DNA from: Methanosarcina sp. MTP4
GTDB lineage: Archaea; Halobacteriota; Methanosarcinia; Methanosarcinales; Methanosarcinaceae
Assembly: GCF_000970045.1 (NCBI RefSeq)
Contig: NZ_CP009505.1
Location: forward strand, 2,782,808-2,814,807
DNA length: 32,000 bases
Direction of reading: 5' to 3'
Shown here piece by piece: positions 6,762-17,558 of the stretch. The notes below the pieces were generated by a model. That model did not search any database. It worked only from the letters and a program-made list of their open reading frames with translations, and had not been told where the DNA came from. The number at the start of each line of letters is the position of its first letter. The stretch's first letter is position 1. The position numbers and the translations under genes are program-made.

Positions 6762-9171
6762 TTTCCATCTTCATTCCCATCCCGATAAAATACTATTTAG
6801 ACACTTATCCAATGTAGGAAACAAATCTATCTCGACCAGTAGGGAAAAAATCTTATCTCTAGAAAAGTTTGGGATTGATGAAAATACCTTTTCCAAAATA
6901 GCATTTCTTATAGGGATCTGTCATGATTTTGGGAAAGGCACGAAGTACTTTCAAAGGTATCTTTTTGAGACCGATCCTGCCATACAGAGGGGTTTAAAAA
7001 ATAAAAAAGAATACCATCATGGCCTTATTTCAGCTATTTTTACTTATTACATATTAGAAAAATATGTAAACTCACTAAATAATGAAAATGGTCTGAAATT
7101 TATTCCCACTATAGGATATCTTATTGTAAAAAGGCATCATGGAAACTTAAAAGATGCTGAGGATGAAATTCGAGAACTGATAGATAAAGACGTCCTTGAA
7201 GTTATTGATCTTCAAATAAAGTCGTTAGAAATAAACGAGTTGAGAACAGTATATGAAAAGTTATTTGATGGGTATGATATTTCTTTTGACATCGAAACTT
7301 TCTGTAATGAATATCGTTCCATTGCTGGCGAGATTTTAAAAAATCGAAGAAAATTTGTAAAATTGCTCAAGGAAGAGCAATTTACAGGCTATTATCTAAT
7401 TACACTAACTCTTTATTCAATTCTTATAAACTCTGATAAGATTGATGCTTCTTCTATTGATGTTTTCAGTGAAATCGATATTTCATCTGAACTTGTGGAT
7501 AAGTATAAGGTGGAGAAGGGCTTCCAGAGTAATGAAAGTACAATCAATAAGGTACGTAATGAGATCTACAAGGAAGTCACGGAAAGTATTGAAAAGCTTG
7601 ACCTTGATAACAAAATATATTCAATAAGCGTTCCTACAGGTTCAGGGAAAACTCTCACATCGCTATCATTTGCATTAAAATTGAAAGCAAGATTAAGAGA
7701 GGAAAAAAGAATTAAGGCAAAAATTATTTATTCGCTACCTTTTCTGAGCATAATAGACCAGAACTATGATGTTTTTGAAGACGTTTTTAAAACAGTTGAA
7801 AAGGCTAACCCTACTGAAGACGTGTTGCTTAAACATCATCATCTTGCAGATATTTTTTACAAAACGCAAGATGACGAAGAATTTGAAGGGCTTAAGAGTC
7901 TATTTTTAATTGAGGGATGGAACTCTGAAATAATCGTTACCACTTTTGTCCAGTTTTTCCATACAATTGTATCTAATAAAAATCGCTCACTCAGAAAATT
8001 TCACACCATTACAAATTCGATTGTAATACTTGATGAAGTCCAGTCAATCCCTCATAAGTACTGGTTATTGTTAAAACAGCTCATTTCGGGGTTCGCGGAG
8101 TATTTTAATACGTATTTCATTTTTGTGACAGCAACTCAACCACTTATTTTCGATCCCGAAAAAAAGGAAATTATCGAGCTGGTTAATAATAAAGATAAGT
8201 ATTTCAGGGAATTTGATCGAGTTAAGCTGGAAATAAACCTGAATCCAATGAATCTTAATGAGTTTAAGGAAATAATTGAATCAAAAGTTAAAGAAAATCC
8301 CGAAAAGGATTTCTTATTTGTATTGAATACAATTAAGTCTTCTCTAGATATATTTAAGCATTTAAATGACCTGAAACTTGAAAATAGCAGTTATTATTAT
8401 CTTTCTACCAACATTGCCCCAAAAGTGAGACTTAGTAAAATTAAAGAAATCAAAGAAAAGTCGGAAAAAAGAAAAATTATCGTTAGTACTCAGCTTATAG
8501 AAGCCGGAGTGGATATAGATGTAAACATTGTCTACAGGGATTTTGCTACTATTGATTCAATTAATCAGGTGTCAGGACGATGTAACAGGAATTTTTCCAA
8601 AAGTTATCGAGGACAAGTAAATATTGTTGTCCTGAAAGATGAAAGGAAAGAGTTTCATCGATATATATATTCGAGTTTTCTTATCGACAAAACAAAAGAA
8701 GTATTGAAAGAATCCCCTTCGGAAATCTATGAGGCGGACTTACTTTTTTTAAATAACAACTACTTCAGGAAAGTTAAAGATACTTCAAGTGAAGATGAAT
8801 CAAAGGAGCTACTATCATGCATAAATGAGCTTAAATTCAAAACTCTTACTTCTGATTTCAGGCTAATAGACGATAAAGCAGGCTATGAAAAAATAGATGT
8901 ATTTGTTGAACTTGACGTTGAGGCAGTTGAAATATGGAAAGAATACATCTTAATAAAATCTCTTAAAAATCCTCTGGAGAAAAAAGAGAGATTTCTGGCG
9001 ATCAGAAAAAAATTCAATGAATATATAATTTCCGTACCTAAAAAAGACTTTTCCTGCGAAGAGCCAGAGGATCTCAATATCGGCTATATTCCTTTTGAAC
9101 AAATAAAACATTATTATGATCCTGAAACCGGTTTTGTCTTTGAATTAAAACCCAGCATGATGTGTGATTAA
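6736..9171 (+). CDS. cas3: Cas3 with fused N-terminal HD nuclease and SF2 helicase
   Basis: The ORF track frame runs 6730-9171. I prefer ATG 6736, with GGAGG (6724-6728) 7 nt upstream. HD motifs: HSHPDK, GICHDFGK, KRHHGN. Walker A is VPTGSGKT and the DEAH-like box is LDEVQ. It overlaps the cas5 3' end. Confidence 0.95.
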   Translation: MEKELSSCDFHLHSHPDKILFRHLSNVGNKSISTSREKILSLEKFGIDENTFSKIAFLIGICHDFGKGTKYFQRYLFETDPAIQRGLKNKKEYHHGLISAIFTYYILEKYVNSLNNENGLKFIPTIGYLIVKRHHGNLKDAEDEIRELIDKDVLEVIDLQIKSLEINELRTVYEKLFDGYDISFDIETFCNEYRSIAGEILKNRRKFVKLLKEEQFTGYYLITLTLYSILINSDKIDASSIDVFSEIDISSELVDKYKVEKGFQSNESTINKVRNEIYKEVTESIEKLDLDNKIYSISVPTGSGKTLTSLSFALKLKARLREEKRIKAKIIYSLPFLSIIDQNYDVFEDVFKTVEKANPTEDVLLKHHHLADIFYKTQDDEEFEGLKSLFLIEGWNSEIIVTTFVQFFHTIVSNKNRSLRKFHTITNSIVILDEVQSIPHKYWLLLKQLISGFAEYFNTYFIFVTATQPLIFDPEKKEIIELVNNKDKYFREFDRVKLEINLNPMNLNEFKEIIESKVKENPEKDFLFVLNTIKSSLDIFKHLNDLKLENSSYYYLSTNIAPKVRLSKIKEIKEKSEKRKIIVSTQLIEAGVDIDVNIVYRDFATIDSINQVSGRCNRNFSKSYRGQVNIVVLKDERKEFHRYIYSSFLIDKTKEVLKESPSEIYEADLLFLNNNYFRKVKDTSSEDESKELLSCINELKFKTLTSDFRLIDDKAGYEKIDVFVELDVEAVEIWKEYILIKSLKNPLEKKERFLAIRKKFNEYIISVPKKDFSCEEPEDLNIGYIPFEQIKHYYDPETGFVFELKPSMMCD

Positions 9172-9172
9172 C

Positions 9173-9832
9173 ATGAAAGTCAAAACGCTAACTTTAACTC
9201 TTGTCCCTGACCGAAAAGTAGGAACAAATGCCTCAAAACTTCGAGGTTTTTTCGCGACTCGGTTTAATGAATATATACTTTTGCATCAACATAACTGTGA
9301 TAAAGTAATTTACATGTATCCTTTAGTCCAATATAAAATTTTGAATGGCATTCCTTTAGTTTTCGGAATAAATGAGGGTGTAGAAGTTCTTCAGGAAATT
9401 TACAATAAATATGACAAAATCAAGTTAGATGAATCCACATATGAAATAATGGAAAAAAAGGTATCATTTAAAGAACAGGAGTTCGGTCTTTCCGACAAAT
9501 TCCACACCTACAGTTTTGAAACTCCCTGGTTTGCCCTCAACCAAGAAAATTTCACTGATAGATACAAAAAAATGGATCTCTACGAGCAAAAAGAACTCCT
9601 TCAAAGAACTCTGGTCGGCAACATCCTTTCAATGTCCAAATCCCTTGGCTACACAGTCCCCGGACAAATCAAATGTGAAACAAACGTTCAACCAGGTGTA
9701 GGTAAGATGAAAGGAGTCCAGATTGCTACCTTCAGGGGGGAATTCATGGTAAATTTCCTTATCCCTGACTATTTTGGCATTGGAAAATCCGTTTCTCGCG
9801 GATTTGGAACGGTGAAACGATGCAACTCGTAA
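9173..9832 (+). CDS. cas6: Cas6 (Cas6b-type) crRNA endoribonuclease
   Basis: The ORF track frame runs 9164-9832. ATG 9173 lies just after the cas3 stop. The C-terminal glycine-rich loop GIGKSVSRGFGTVKR is typical of Cas6. Confidence 0.85.
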   Translation: MKVKTLTLTLVPDRKVGTNASKLRGFFATRFNEYILLHQHNCDKVIYMYPLVQYKILNGIPLVFGINEGVEVLQEIYNKYDKIKLDESTYEIMEKKVSFKEQEFGLSDKFHTYSFETPWFALNQENFTDRYKKMDLYEQKELLQRTLVGNILSMSKSLGYTVPGQIKCETNVQPGVGKMKGVQIATFRGEFMVNFLIPDYFGIGKSVSRGFGTVKRCNS

Positions 9833-10791
9833 TCAACACCCGTGGTTCCTACCTGAAAAAGAAGAACAACTGCTTCCTGGTCAAAAACGACGATAAGGTC
9901 TTTGAAGTCTCCGAAAAGAAAGTGGAAAGCATCCTGATTACGACTTCTGCAACCATCACCACAGACGCTATCAAGTTTGCCGTGGAAAACAATATCGACA
10001 TCGTTTTTCTTGACAACTTCGGGGACCCTTACGGCAGAGTTTGGCACTCAAAGCTAGGGAGCACGACTTACATCCGGAGAAGGCAGCTTGAAATTTCAGA
10101 TGAACCGGAAGGTTTCAAACTGGCAAAAGGCTGGGTCATACAGAAGGTCGAAAACCAGGTCCAATTGTTGAAAGACCTTAAAAAGAACCGGCCTGAGCAA
10201 AAGGAAGAGCTCGAAGCTTACATTTCTGACGTTGAAGCCCTGAAGCTCCAGCTTGAGGAGCTTGAGGGAACTCTTGAAGAGAAACGCAACAGCATAATGG
10301 GGCTCGAAGGAATGGCTTCCAGGCACTATTTTGAAGCCCTTAACGTTCTTATGCCTGATGATTGGAAATTTAACGGGCGGAGCCGGAACCCTGCTCAGGA
10401 CGGGTTCAACTGCCTTTTGAACTATGGGTATGGGGTCCTCTATTCAAAGGTTGAAAAGGCCTGCATCATAGCGGGACTTGACCCTTATGTGGGTTTCAAC
10501 CATACGGATAATTACAACAAAAAATCTCTTGTGTTCGACCTGATCGAGATGTACCGGGTCTATGCGGATAGGACGGTATTCAACCTTTTTTCAAGGAAGC
10601 AGGTCAAAGAAAGCTTTTTTGATGAAATTCCTAACGGGATGACTCTAAACAAAGAAGGTAAAGCCGTACTCATAACGGCAGTAAACGAAACCTTTGAAAA
10701 AAGCATTACGTACCACGGCAGGAACATAAAAATAGGGAACATAATCCAGTTTGACTGCCACAGGATAGCTAACAGCCTTATAAGAAAGTGA
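9820..10791 (+). CDS. cas1: Cas1 integrase (323 aa)
   Basis: ORF track. Cas1 motifs: RSRNPAQDGFNCLLNYGYGVLY, GLDPYVGFNHTD, SLVFDLIEMYR. It overlaps cas6 by 13 nt. Confidence 0.9.
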   Translation: MQLVINTRGSYLKKKNNCFLVKNDDKVFEVSEKKVESILITTSATITTDAIKFAVENNIDIVFLDNFGDPYGRVWHSKLGSTTYIRRRQLEISDEPEGFKLAKGWVIQKVENQVQLLKDLKKNRPEQKEELEAYISDVEALKLQLEELEGTLEEKRNSIMGLEGMASRHYFEALNVLMPDDWKFNGRSRNPAQDGFNCLLNYGYGVLYSKVEKACIIAGLDPYVGFNHTDNYNKKSLVFDLIEMYRVYADRTVFNLFSRKQVKESFFDEIPNGMTLNKEGKAVLITAVNETFEKSITYHGRNIKIGNIIQFDCHRIANSLIRK

Positions 10792-10863
10792 AATAACAAG
10801 AAAATAGAAAAAGGTGAATAAAAAGTAAATCAGAAGAAGAAAGTAAATCAGGGGGAATTTAAA

Positions 10864-11154
10864 CTGCTTGTCTGGGTAATATACGACATCACGGAAAACA
10901 GGCCTCGTCAGAAGGTCAGTGATTGCTGCAAGAGTTATGGGCTTTACAGGGTCCAGAAAAGTGTCTTTCTGGGAGACCTGAACTCAAATGAAAGAGATTC
11001 TCTAGCAGTTGAATGTGAAGAACTGGTTGATACCGACAGGGATTCAGTATATGTTTTCCCGATGGACGAACAGTCATTCAAGAAAGTCCAGCTAATCGGG
11101 CAAGCCTTTGACAAAGACCTTGTCAGTGACGAAGTTATTACAAAATTCTTTTGA
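10864..11154 (+). CDS. cas2: Cas2 (96 codons) without a canonical start codon (CTG at 10864)
   Basis: Absent from the ORF track. Own translation: LLVWVIYDITENRPRQKVSDCCKSYGLYRVQKSVFLGDLNSNERDSLAVECEELVDTDRDSVYVFPMDEQSFKKVQLIGQAFDKDLVSDEVITKFF*. This is the classic Cas2 pattern (V.YDI....R.kv...c..yG..rvQ.SVF). GGGGG (10851-10855) lies 8 nt upstream of CTG. The frame has no ATG, GTG or TTG between the upstream stop (10819-10821) and codon 73. Confidence 0.75.
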   Translation: MLVWVIYDITENRPRQKVSDCCKSYGLYRVQKSVFLGDLNSNERDSLAVECEELVDTDRDSVYVFPMDEQSFKKVQLIGQAFDKDLVSDEVITKFF

Positions 11155-11161
11155 GGAACTT

Positions 11162-11779
11162 ATGCAGGCTGCAGGAGAAAACCAAAAAGAAGCCCTGGAA
11201 GGAACCTTAATCACGATTTCAGATGTGCTAGAATACCTGTTCTGCCCCAGATTCATCTTTTATATGTATTGCCTTGATATTCCACAGCACGAAGAAAACC
11301 GCTTCAAGGTCCAGAAAGGCAGGGAAGTGCATGAAACCCGAAAACTCACAAATAGGGACCATACGAGAAAAAGGTTGAACTGCACAAGAAAAGAGAGCGA
11401 AGTGTTCATAGCCTCCAGTAAAAACCACATAAAAGGAATCGTTGATGAAGTCCTGTTTCTGGAAGACGGAACTACAGCTCCCTTAGAATACAAATTTGCC
11501 GAATACAAGGACAAGATATTCAAGACATATAAAAACCAGTTGATCCTGCAAGCCCTTTTAATCCAGGAAAATTATAACATAGAAGTAAACAGGGGATACA
11601 TCTGCTTCACTCGAAGCAACAACCTTGTCAAAGAAATCGAAATCAAAACTTCTGATTTTGACAAATCCCTGAAAATCATACAGGAAATCTTAGACGTAAT
11701 GCACAAAGGCGTATATCCAAAAACAACAAGATCCTCAAGAAAGTGCATAGATTGCTGTTATAGAAATATTTGTGTTTGA
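11162..11779 (+). CDS. cas4: Cas4 RecB-like nuclease with Fe-S cysteines
   Basis: The ORF track frame runs 11108-11779 from a TTG that overlaps cas2. I prefer ATG 11162, just after the cas2 stop. Evidence: N-terminal Cys (YLFCPRF), C-terminal CIDCCYRNIC, and the nuclease core IVDEV...PLEYKF. Confidence 0.85.
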   Translation: MQAAGENQKEALEGTLITISDVLEYLFCPRFIFYMYCLDIPQHEENRFKVQKGREVHETRKLTNRDHTRKRLNCTRKESEVFIASSKNHIKGIVDEVLFLEDGTTAPLEYKFAEYKDKIFKTYKNQLILQALLIQENYNIEVNRGYICFTRSNNLVKEIEIKTSDFDKSLKIIQEILDVMHKGVYPKTTRSSRKCIDCCYRNICV

Positions 11780-11905
11780 TGCTATTTTTCACGCCATATT
11801 TCTTCCCTATATAAAGGACTTGATAAATTACCATCAAGAATTTTGATGCCAAAAAAGAAGCTTTAATATACCTTATTTACCTAAAAAGAGGTAAAAACTT
11901 GCGGT
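11780..11905 (+). promoter_or_regulatory. CRISPR leader with candidate archaeal TATA boxes
   Basis: AT-rich 126 bp between the cas4 stop and the first repeat. TATA-like TATATAAA sits at 11808-11815 and TTTAATATA at 11862-11870. Confidence 0.55.
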
Positions 11906-14900
11906 GTCCGTGAGCAAAATCCACTAAAACAAGGATTGAAACTACATTATTTGTGGATATTTGTATCCAACTTTCACCAGTCCGTGAGCAAAATCCACTA
12001 AAACAAGGATTGAAACAATTCGACGATATTCATGTTGCTGCGTAAAATAAAAGTCCGTGAGCAAAATCCACTAAAACAAGGATTGAAACAAAGTGTAAAA
12101 GATCAAAAAAAAATATATGATTAGTCCGTGAGCAAAATCCACTAAAACAAGGATTGAAACCGAAATACGCGACCCTGACCACGGCCAAGTTGACCAGTCC
12201 GTGAGCAAAATCCACTAAAACAAGGATTGAAACATTTTGTGCTAGTGATGGTCGGGGCGGTGAAGGGGGGTCCGTGAGCAAAATCCACTAAAACAAGGAT
12301 TGAAACGTGAACTCGCCATGCTCAACGCAATTGCTCAGGGTAGTCCGTGAGCAAAATCCACTAAAACAAGGATTGAAACCCGAAAACGCAAAACTATAAA
12401 TATTGAAATCTGTGTCCGTGAGCAAAATCCACTAAAACAAGGATTGAAACTGATTCTTACTGGTTAAATGCTTCTTTACACCCTGAGTCCGTGAGCAAAA
12501 TCCACTAAAACAAGGATTGAAACTTACCGTGTACCCTGCCGCCGTAGCCTGGGATGTTGTCCGTGAGCAAAATCCACTAAAACAAGGATTGAAACAAATG
12601 GGTACGTTACTGACCGACATTAAGACACTGGTCCGTGAGCAAAATCCACTAAAACAAGGATTGAAACAGGAATGGATAGAAGAACTCAAAGCCGATTCTG
12701 AGGGTCCGTGAGCAAAATCCACTAAAACAAGGATTGAAACATATAAACCCAACTACCCTAGGGTATGTAATTTCAAGTCCGTGAGCAAAATCCACTAAAA
12801 CAAGGATTGAAACTGTCTGAGAATTAAATCCCCTGTCCCGACAGTGTAAGTCCGTGAGCAAAATCCACTAAAACAAGGATTGAAACTTGGAAAATGACTG
12901 ATTGACGCAATCAAACAGGTCCCGTCCGTGAGCAAAATCCACTAAAACAAGGATTGAAACATTTCGACTGCGCCCCCGTAGAGGGTTGCGTCGATGGTCC
13001 GTGAGCAAAATCCACTAAAACAAGGATTGAAACTGTGTTATCCATGAGCTGACGGCCAACTATTACAAGTCCGTGAGCAAAATCCACTAAAACAAGGATT
13101 GAAACAAAATCCTGCAGTTTCTGGGAAATTGCAGGCAGCGTCCGTGAGCAAAATCCACTAAAACAAGGATTGAAACCTCTTTCATTGTGGGCTGTGTAAA
13201 TTTGAGCCCGCGTCCGTGAGCAAAATCCACTAAAACAAGGATTGAAACACAGTTACAAACTTCTGTATTAGTTCTTTGTCCATCGTCCGTGAGCAAAATC
13301 CACTAAAACAAGGATTGAAACATGACGTTCCCAGTGATTGATATATTTTCCAATGTGGTCCGTGAGCAAAATCCACTAAAACAAGGATTGAAACCAGTAC
13401 CAATTATTTCTAAAATATTACAATTGTTTTGTCCGTGAGCAAAATCCACTAAAACAAGGATTGAAACTATATAGCACTATCTTTTACATAGCCAAAGCTA
13501 TACATTGTCCGTGAGCAAAATCCACTAAAACAAGGATTGAAACATAATTATCTAACAAATCTTAAAATAGCTTTGGCCGAGTCCGTGAGCAAAATCCACT
13601 AAAACAAGGATTGAAACTACACCTCATCCACAGAAAAACCGGTCCATTCAACAAGGTCCGTGAGCAAAATCCACTAAAACAAGGATTGAAACCCATCAGA
13701 GATAAAGCTCTGATAGCTTTTTTATAGTCCGTGAGCAAAATCCACTAAAACAAGGATTGAAACTTTAAGCGGATTCTCCAAAAAATCAAAGACGAATGGG
13801 TCCGTGAGCAAAATCCACTAAAACAAGGATTGAAACGAAAAATATTGGGACACCCTACGTAACCTGGGATATGGTCCGTGAGCAAAATCCACTAAAACAA
13901 GGATTGAAACTACCCGCCCTCAAATGTTTCTGAGATGATCCCGGTGTGTCCGTGAGCAAAATCCACTAAAACAAGGATTGAAACATACTCCTTCTCCCTT
14001 CTCCGGCTTTGTGTTCAGTCGTCCGTGAGCAAAATCCACTAAAACAAGGATTGAAACTTGAATGGGTTAGTTATAGGGCGTTCACCGTACATAGTCCGTG
14101 AGCAAAATCCACTAAAACAAGGATTGAAACACCATTGTTTCGCAACCTGCCCGGAGTGGTAAAACTGTCCGTGAGCAAAATCCACTAAAACAAGGATTGA
14201 AACTTGTATTGTAGGTAAATGTACCTACGGAGGATCTACGTCCGTGAGCAAAATCCACTAAAACAAGGATTGAAACAGTGTTGCTATACATTTTGGGAAT
14301 GTATTGATTTGTCCGTGAGCAAAATCCACTAAAACAAGGATTGAAACAAATCTGATGTTGGGGGAGATGTGACCTGTTCTGAGGTCCGTGAGCAAAATCC
14401 ACTAAAACAAGGATTGAAACATTTTTAAGAGGTCCAAACCATGCCAAAAGTATCTGTCCGTGAGCAAAATCCACTAAAACAAGGATTGAAACTGTTTACT
14501 ATTTGTGTTCTTACTTTCCCTCCAAAATTCGTCCGTGAGCAAAATCCACTAAAACAAGGATTGAAACATAAGTCCACGATGAAAAAACGGGCTTGAAGGG
14601 ATTTGTCCGTGAGCAAAATCCACTAAAACAAGGATTGAAACAAAAAGTATAAGGTATGATGTATCTACGAGATTGCAGTCCGTGAGCAAAATCCACTAAA
14701 ACAAGGATTGAAACATCTATTATCCCGAATTAAAAACTGTGCAGAAGCGTCCGTGAGCAAAATCCACTAAAACAAGGATTGAAACTAAGTGCGGCCTTTG
14801 TAGCCAGTAAAGCCCCTGCAAAGTCCGTGAGCAAAATCCACTAAAACAAGGATTGAAACTCCCCGAGTGCCCCGCCCAGAGGTTCCAGGAATTCAAGTCC

Positions 14901-17410
14901 GTGAGCAAAATCCACTAAAACAAGGATTGAAACTTGAAGCCGGTATAGGATGGGCTGAAGAAAATAACGTCCGTGAGCAAAATCCACTAAAACAAGGATT
15001 GAAACGTATTTGGAGACATAACAGCCCGTAATACAGGCATGTCCGTGAGCAAAATCCACTAAAACAAGGATTGAAACCGTAAACGGTGCATCAGGCTACA
15101 CTCTTGAATGCGGTCCGTGAGCAAAATCCACTAAAACAAGGATTGAAACTTTTGTACCATCTGGTACTCGGTCATGAGCCCCATGTCCGTGAGCAAAATC
15201 CACTAAAACAAGGATTGAAACTATGGATACTCCTTTCTTGAAACTTGCGGCGGGGAGTCCGTGAGCAAAATCCACTAAAACAAGGATTGAAACATCATAT
15301 TCATGATTTTCTATTACACACATCCTTAAGTCCGTGAGCAAAATCCACTAAAACAAGGATTGAAACTTCATACAGTCACCCCAAACCAACCAAGAATTTT
15401 TAGTCCGTGAGCAAAATCCACTAAAACAAGGATTGAAACTTGAGATAAAAGACTCTACTCAATTTGAAAACCGGCCAGTCCGTGAGCAAAATCCACTAAA
15501 ACAAGGATTGAAACATGGGAGTTGAAGCTGTTGCCGATGCCATGACCGGGTCCGTGAGCAAAATCCACTAAAACAAGGATTGAAACACAATTTTGAAAAA
15601 TTGCTTGTAATCCATATAAAAAGTCCGTGAGCAAAATCCACTAAAACAAGGATTGAAACTCCGGATTGTTAAGTGTTTTTGTGATTTCTTGTTTTGTCCG
15701 TGAGCAAAATCCACTAAAACAAGGATTGAAACTTCTGTTGTTCAATAGAATGGTAAGAAATTAAATGTCCGTGAGCAAAATCCACTAAAACAAGGATTGA
15801 AACTTCTGTTGTTCAATAGAATGGTAAGAAATTAAATGTCCGTGAGCAAAATCCACTAAAACAAGGATTGAAACGTAACCGAGTTTGAATTGTTGGTCAG
15901 GAAATCATAAGTCCGTGAGCAAAATCCACTAAAACAAGGATTGAAACTAATACCAACCGGTCGCACCTGGCATGTTAGGGAAGTGTCCGTGAGCAAAATC
16001 CACTAAAACAAGGATTGAAACCACAACAGCAATAATAAAATGAGTACCCGGAAACAAGTCCGTGAGCAAAATCCACTAAAACAAGGATTGAAACCACAAC
16101 ACATTATACATCATGGCAATAGTCATACACGTCCGTGAGCAAAATCCACTAAAACAAGGATTGAAACCACAACACATTATACATCATGGCAATAGTCATA
16201 CACGTCCGTGAGCAAAATCCACTAAAACAAGGATTGAAACACATTCTCGATGTCCAACTGTTCCGCCATTCTCCAGTCCGTGAGCAAAATCCACTAAAAC
16301 AAGGATTGAAACACCGTTGTCGCTCCTAACGGCTCCACACAATCAACAGTCCGTGAGCAAAATCCACTAAAACAAGGATTGAAACTGTCACTGTGTCGAT
16401 CTGCAGGACTCCGTTTTTTCCTGTCCGTGAGCAAAATCCACTAAAACAAGGATTGAAACAATAGAGAATTTTTTGATCTGGCGCAAAGTTCTGAAGTCCG
16501 TGAGCAAAATCCACTAAAACAAGGATTGAAACTATAAAAGATATGAAAAATGCGGAGATGGCAGAAAGGTCCGTGAGCAAAATCCACTAAAACAAGGATT
16601 GAAACATTGGTCTTCGGTCAAGGCTTGCTTTTTGAGAGCAGGGTCCGTGAGCAAAATCCACTAAAACAAGGATTGAAACTTCCCTGGGGATTATTATATC
16701 TGGATCTCGTGATCCGTCCGTGAGCAAAATCCACTAAAACAAGGATTGAAACGATACTGTATACATAGCATGTGAGGGAACTTCTAATAAGTCCGTGAGC
16801 AAAATCCACTAAAACAAGGATTGAAACTAATCCAGCAATCGCCCTCAAAAATATGATCAGTATGTCCGTGAGCAAAATCCACTAAAACAAGGATTGAAAC
16901 TAAGTATCAGCGTAAAGATCTGATATAGATTCTAGTCCGTGAGCAAAATCCACTAAAACAAGGATTGAAACAATTTGCATATAAACAATATAATCATTAT
17001 TTCGTTTGTCCGTGAGCAAAATCCACTAAAAAAAGGATTGAAACAAAAAGCGTCCATGTCATCCACCCCTTAAAATTAGTCCGTGAGCAAAATCCACTAA
17101 AACAAGGATTGAAACCACTGAACTAAATCAGCTATCGGAAGATCAATTAAAAGGTCCGTGAGCAAAATCCACTAAAACAAGGATTGAAACTTGATAAGCT
17201 CCTCAATAAAGTCTCGGTAATCCTCAGTCCGTGAGCAAAATCCACTAAAACAAGGATTGAAACTAAGATTAAATCTTCATCTTCAGGTGCTAAAAAAGGT
17301 CCGTGAGCAAAATCCACTAAAAAAAGGATTGAAACTGAATGATATCCTAGAGATAGACGTAGACGGACGAAAGTCCGCGAGCAAAATCAACTAAAAAGGG
17401 GATAAAAAAC
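11906..17410 (+). CRISPR. Main CRISPR array: 76 repeats of 37 nt and 75 spacers of 34-39 nt
   Basis: Repeats were counted by eye (starts 11906, 11980, 12053 ... 17299, 17373). Consensus GTCCGTGAGCAAAATCCACTAAAACAAGGATTGAAAC. Repeats 71 (17008) and 75 (17299) carry C25A. The last repeat (17373-17410) is degenerate: GTCCGCGAGCAAAATCAACTAAAAAGGGGATAAAAAAC. The strand is assigned from the 3' ATTGAAAC (the expected 8-nt crRNA 5' handle), the cas-proximal leader and the distal degenerate repeat. Confidence 0.98.
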
Positions 17411-17558
17411 CTATACTCTCATTTCAATTTTTTAGGGAAAAGCCGTCCGCCTCGCTTCGCTCCGCGGCCGGTGAGAGCGCCGGCACCCAAAAAAGCAATC
17501 CGAAAAAAAGCACCTTTCTTAGTCCACCAGTCACACAAACGCCGCTAGCCTGTCCTCC
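17411..17558. repeat. Array trailer / ATPase 3' flank, copy 1 of a thrice-repeated element with a GC-rich core
   Basis: The sequence ctatactctcatttcaattttttagggaaaagccgtccgcctcgcttcgctccgcggccggtgagagcgccggcacccaaaaaagcaatccgaaaaa recurs nearly identically at 21376-21473 and in diverged form at 22053-22225. On the minus strand it carries T-runs just after the ATPase stop, consistent with an oligo-T archaeal terminator. Confidence 0.7.

Noticed and set aside
11108-11161. N-terminal extension of cas4 from TTG 11108, as drawn in the ORF track
   Set aside because: It overlaps the last 47 nt of cas2 in another frame. ATG 11162 follows the cas2 stop, sits behind GAGGAA, and gives a typical Cas4 N-terminus.
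12030-16875. About 20 ORF-track ORFs (60-120 aa, mostly minus strand) across the CRISPR array, with recurring peptides SILVLVDFAHG and FNPCFSGFCSRT
   Set aside because: They are translations of the repeat's reverse complement in different frames, joined by spacers. This periodic artefact is not coding sequence. The same applies to 21087-21356 (-) over mini-array 2.
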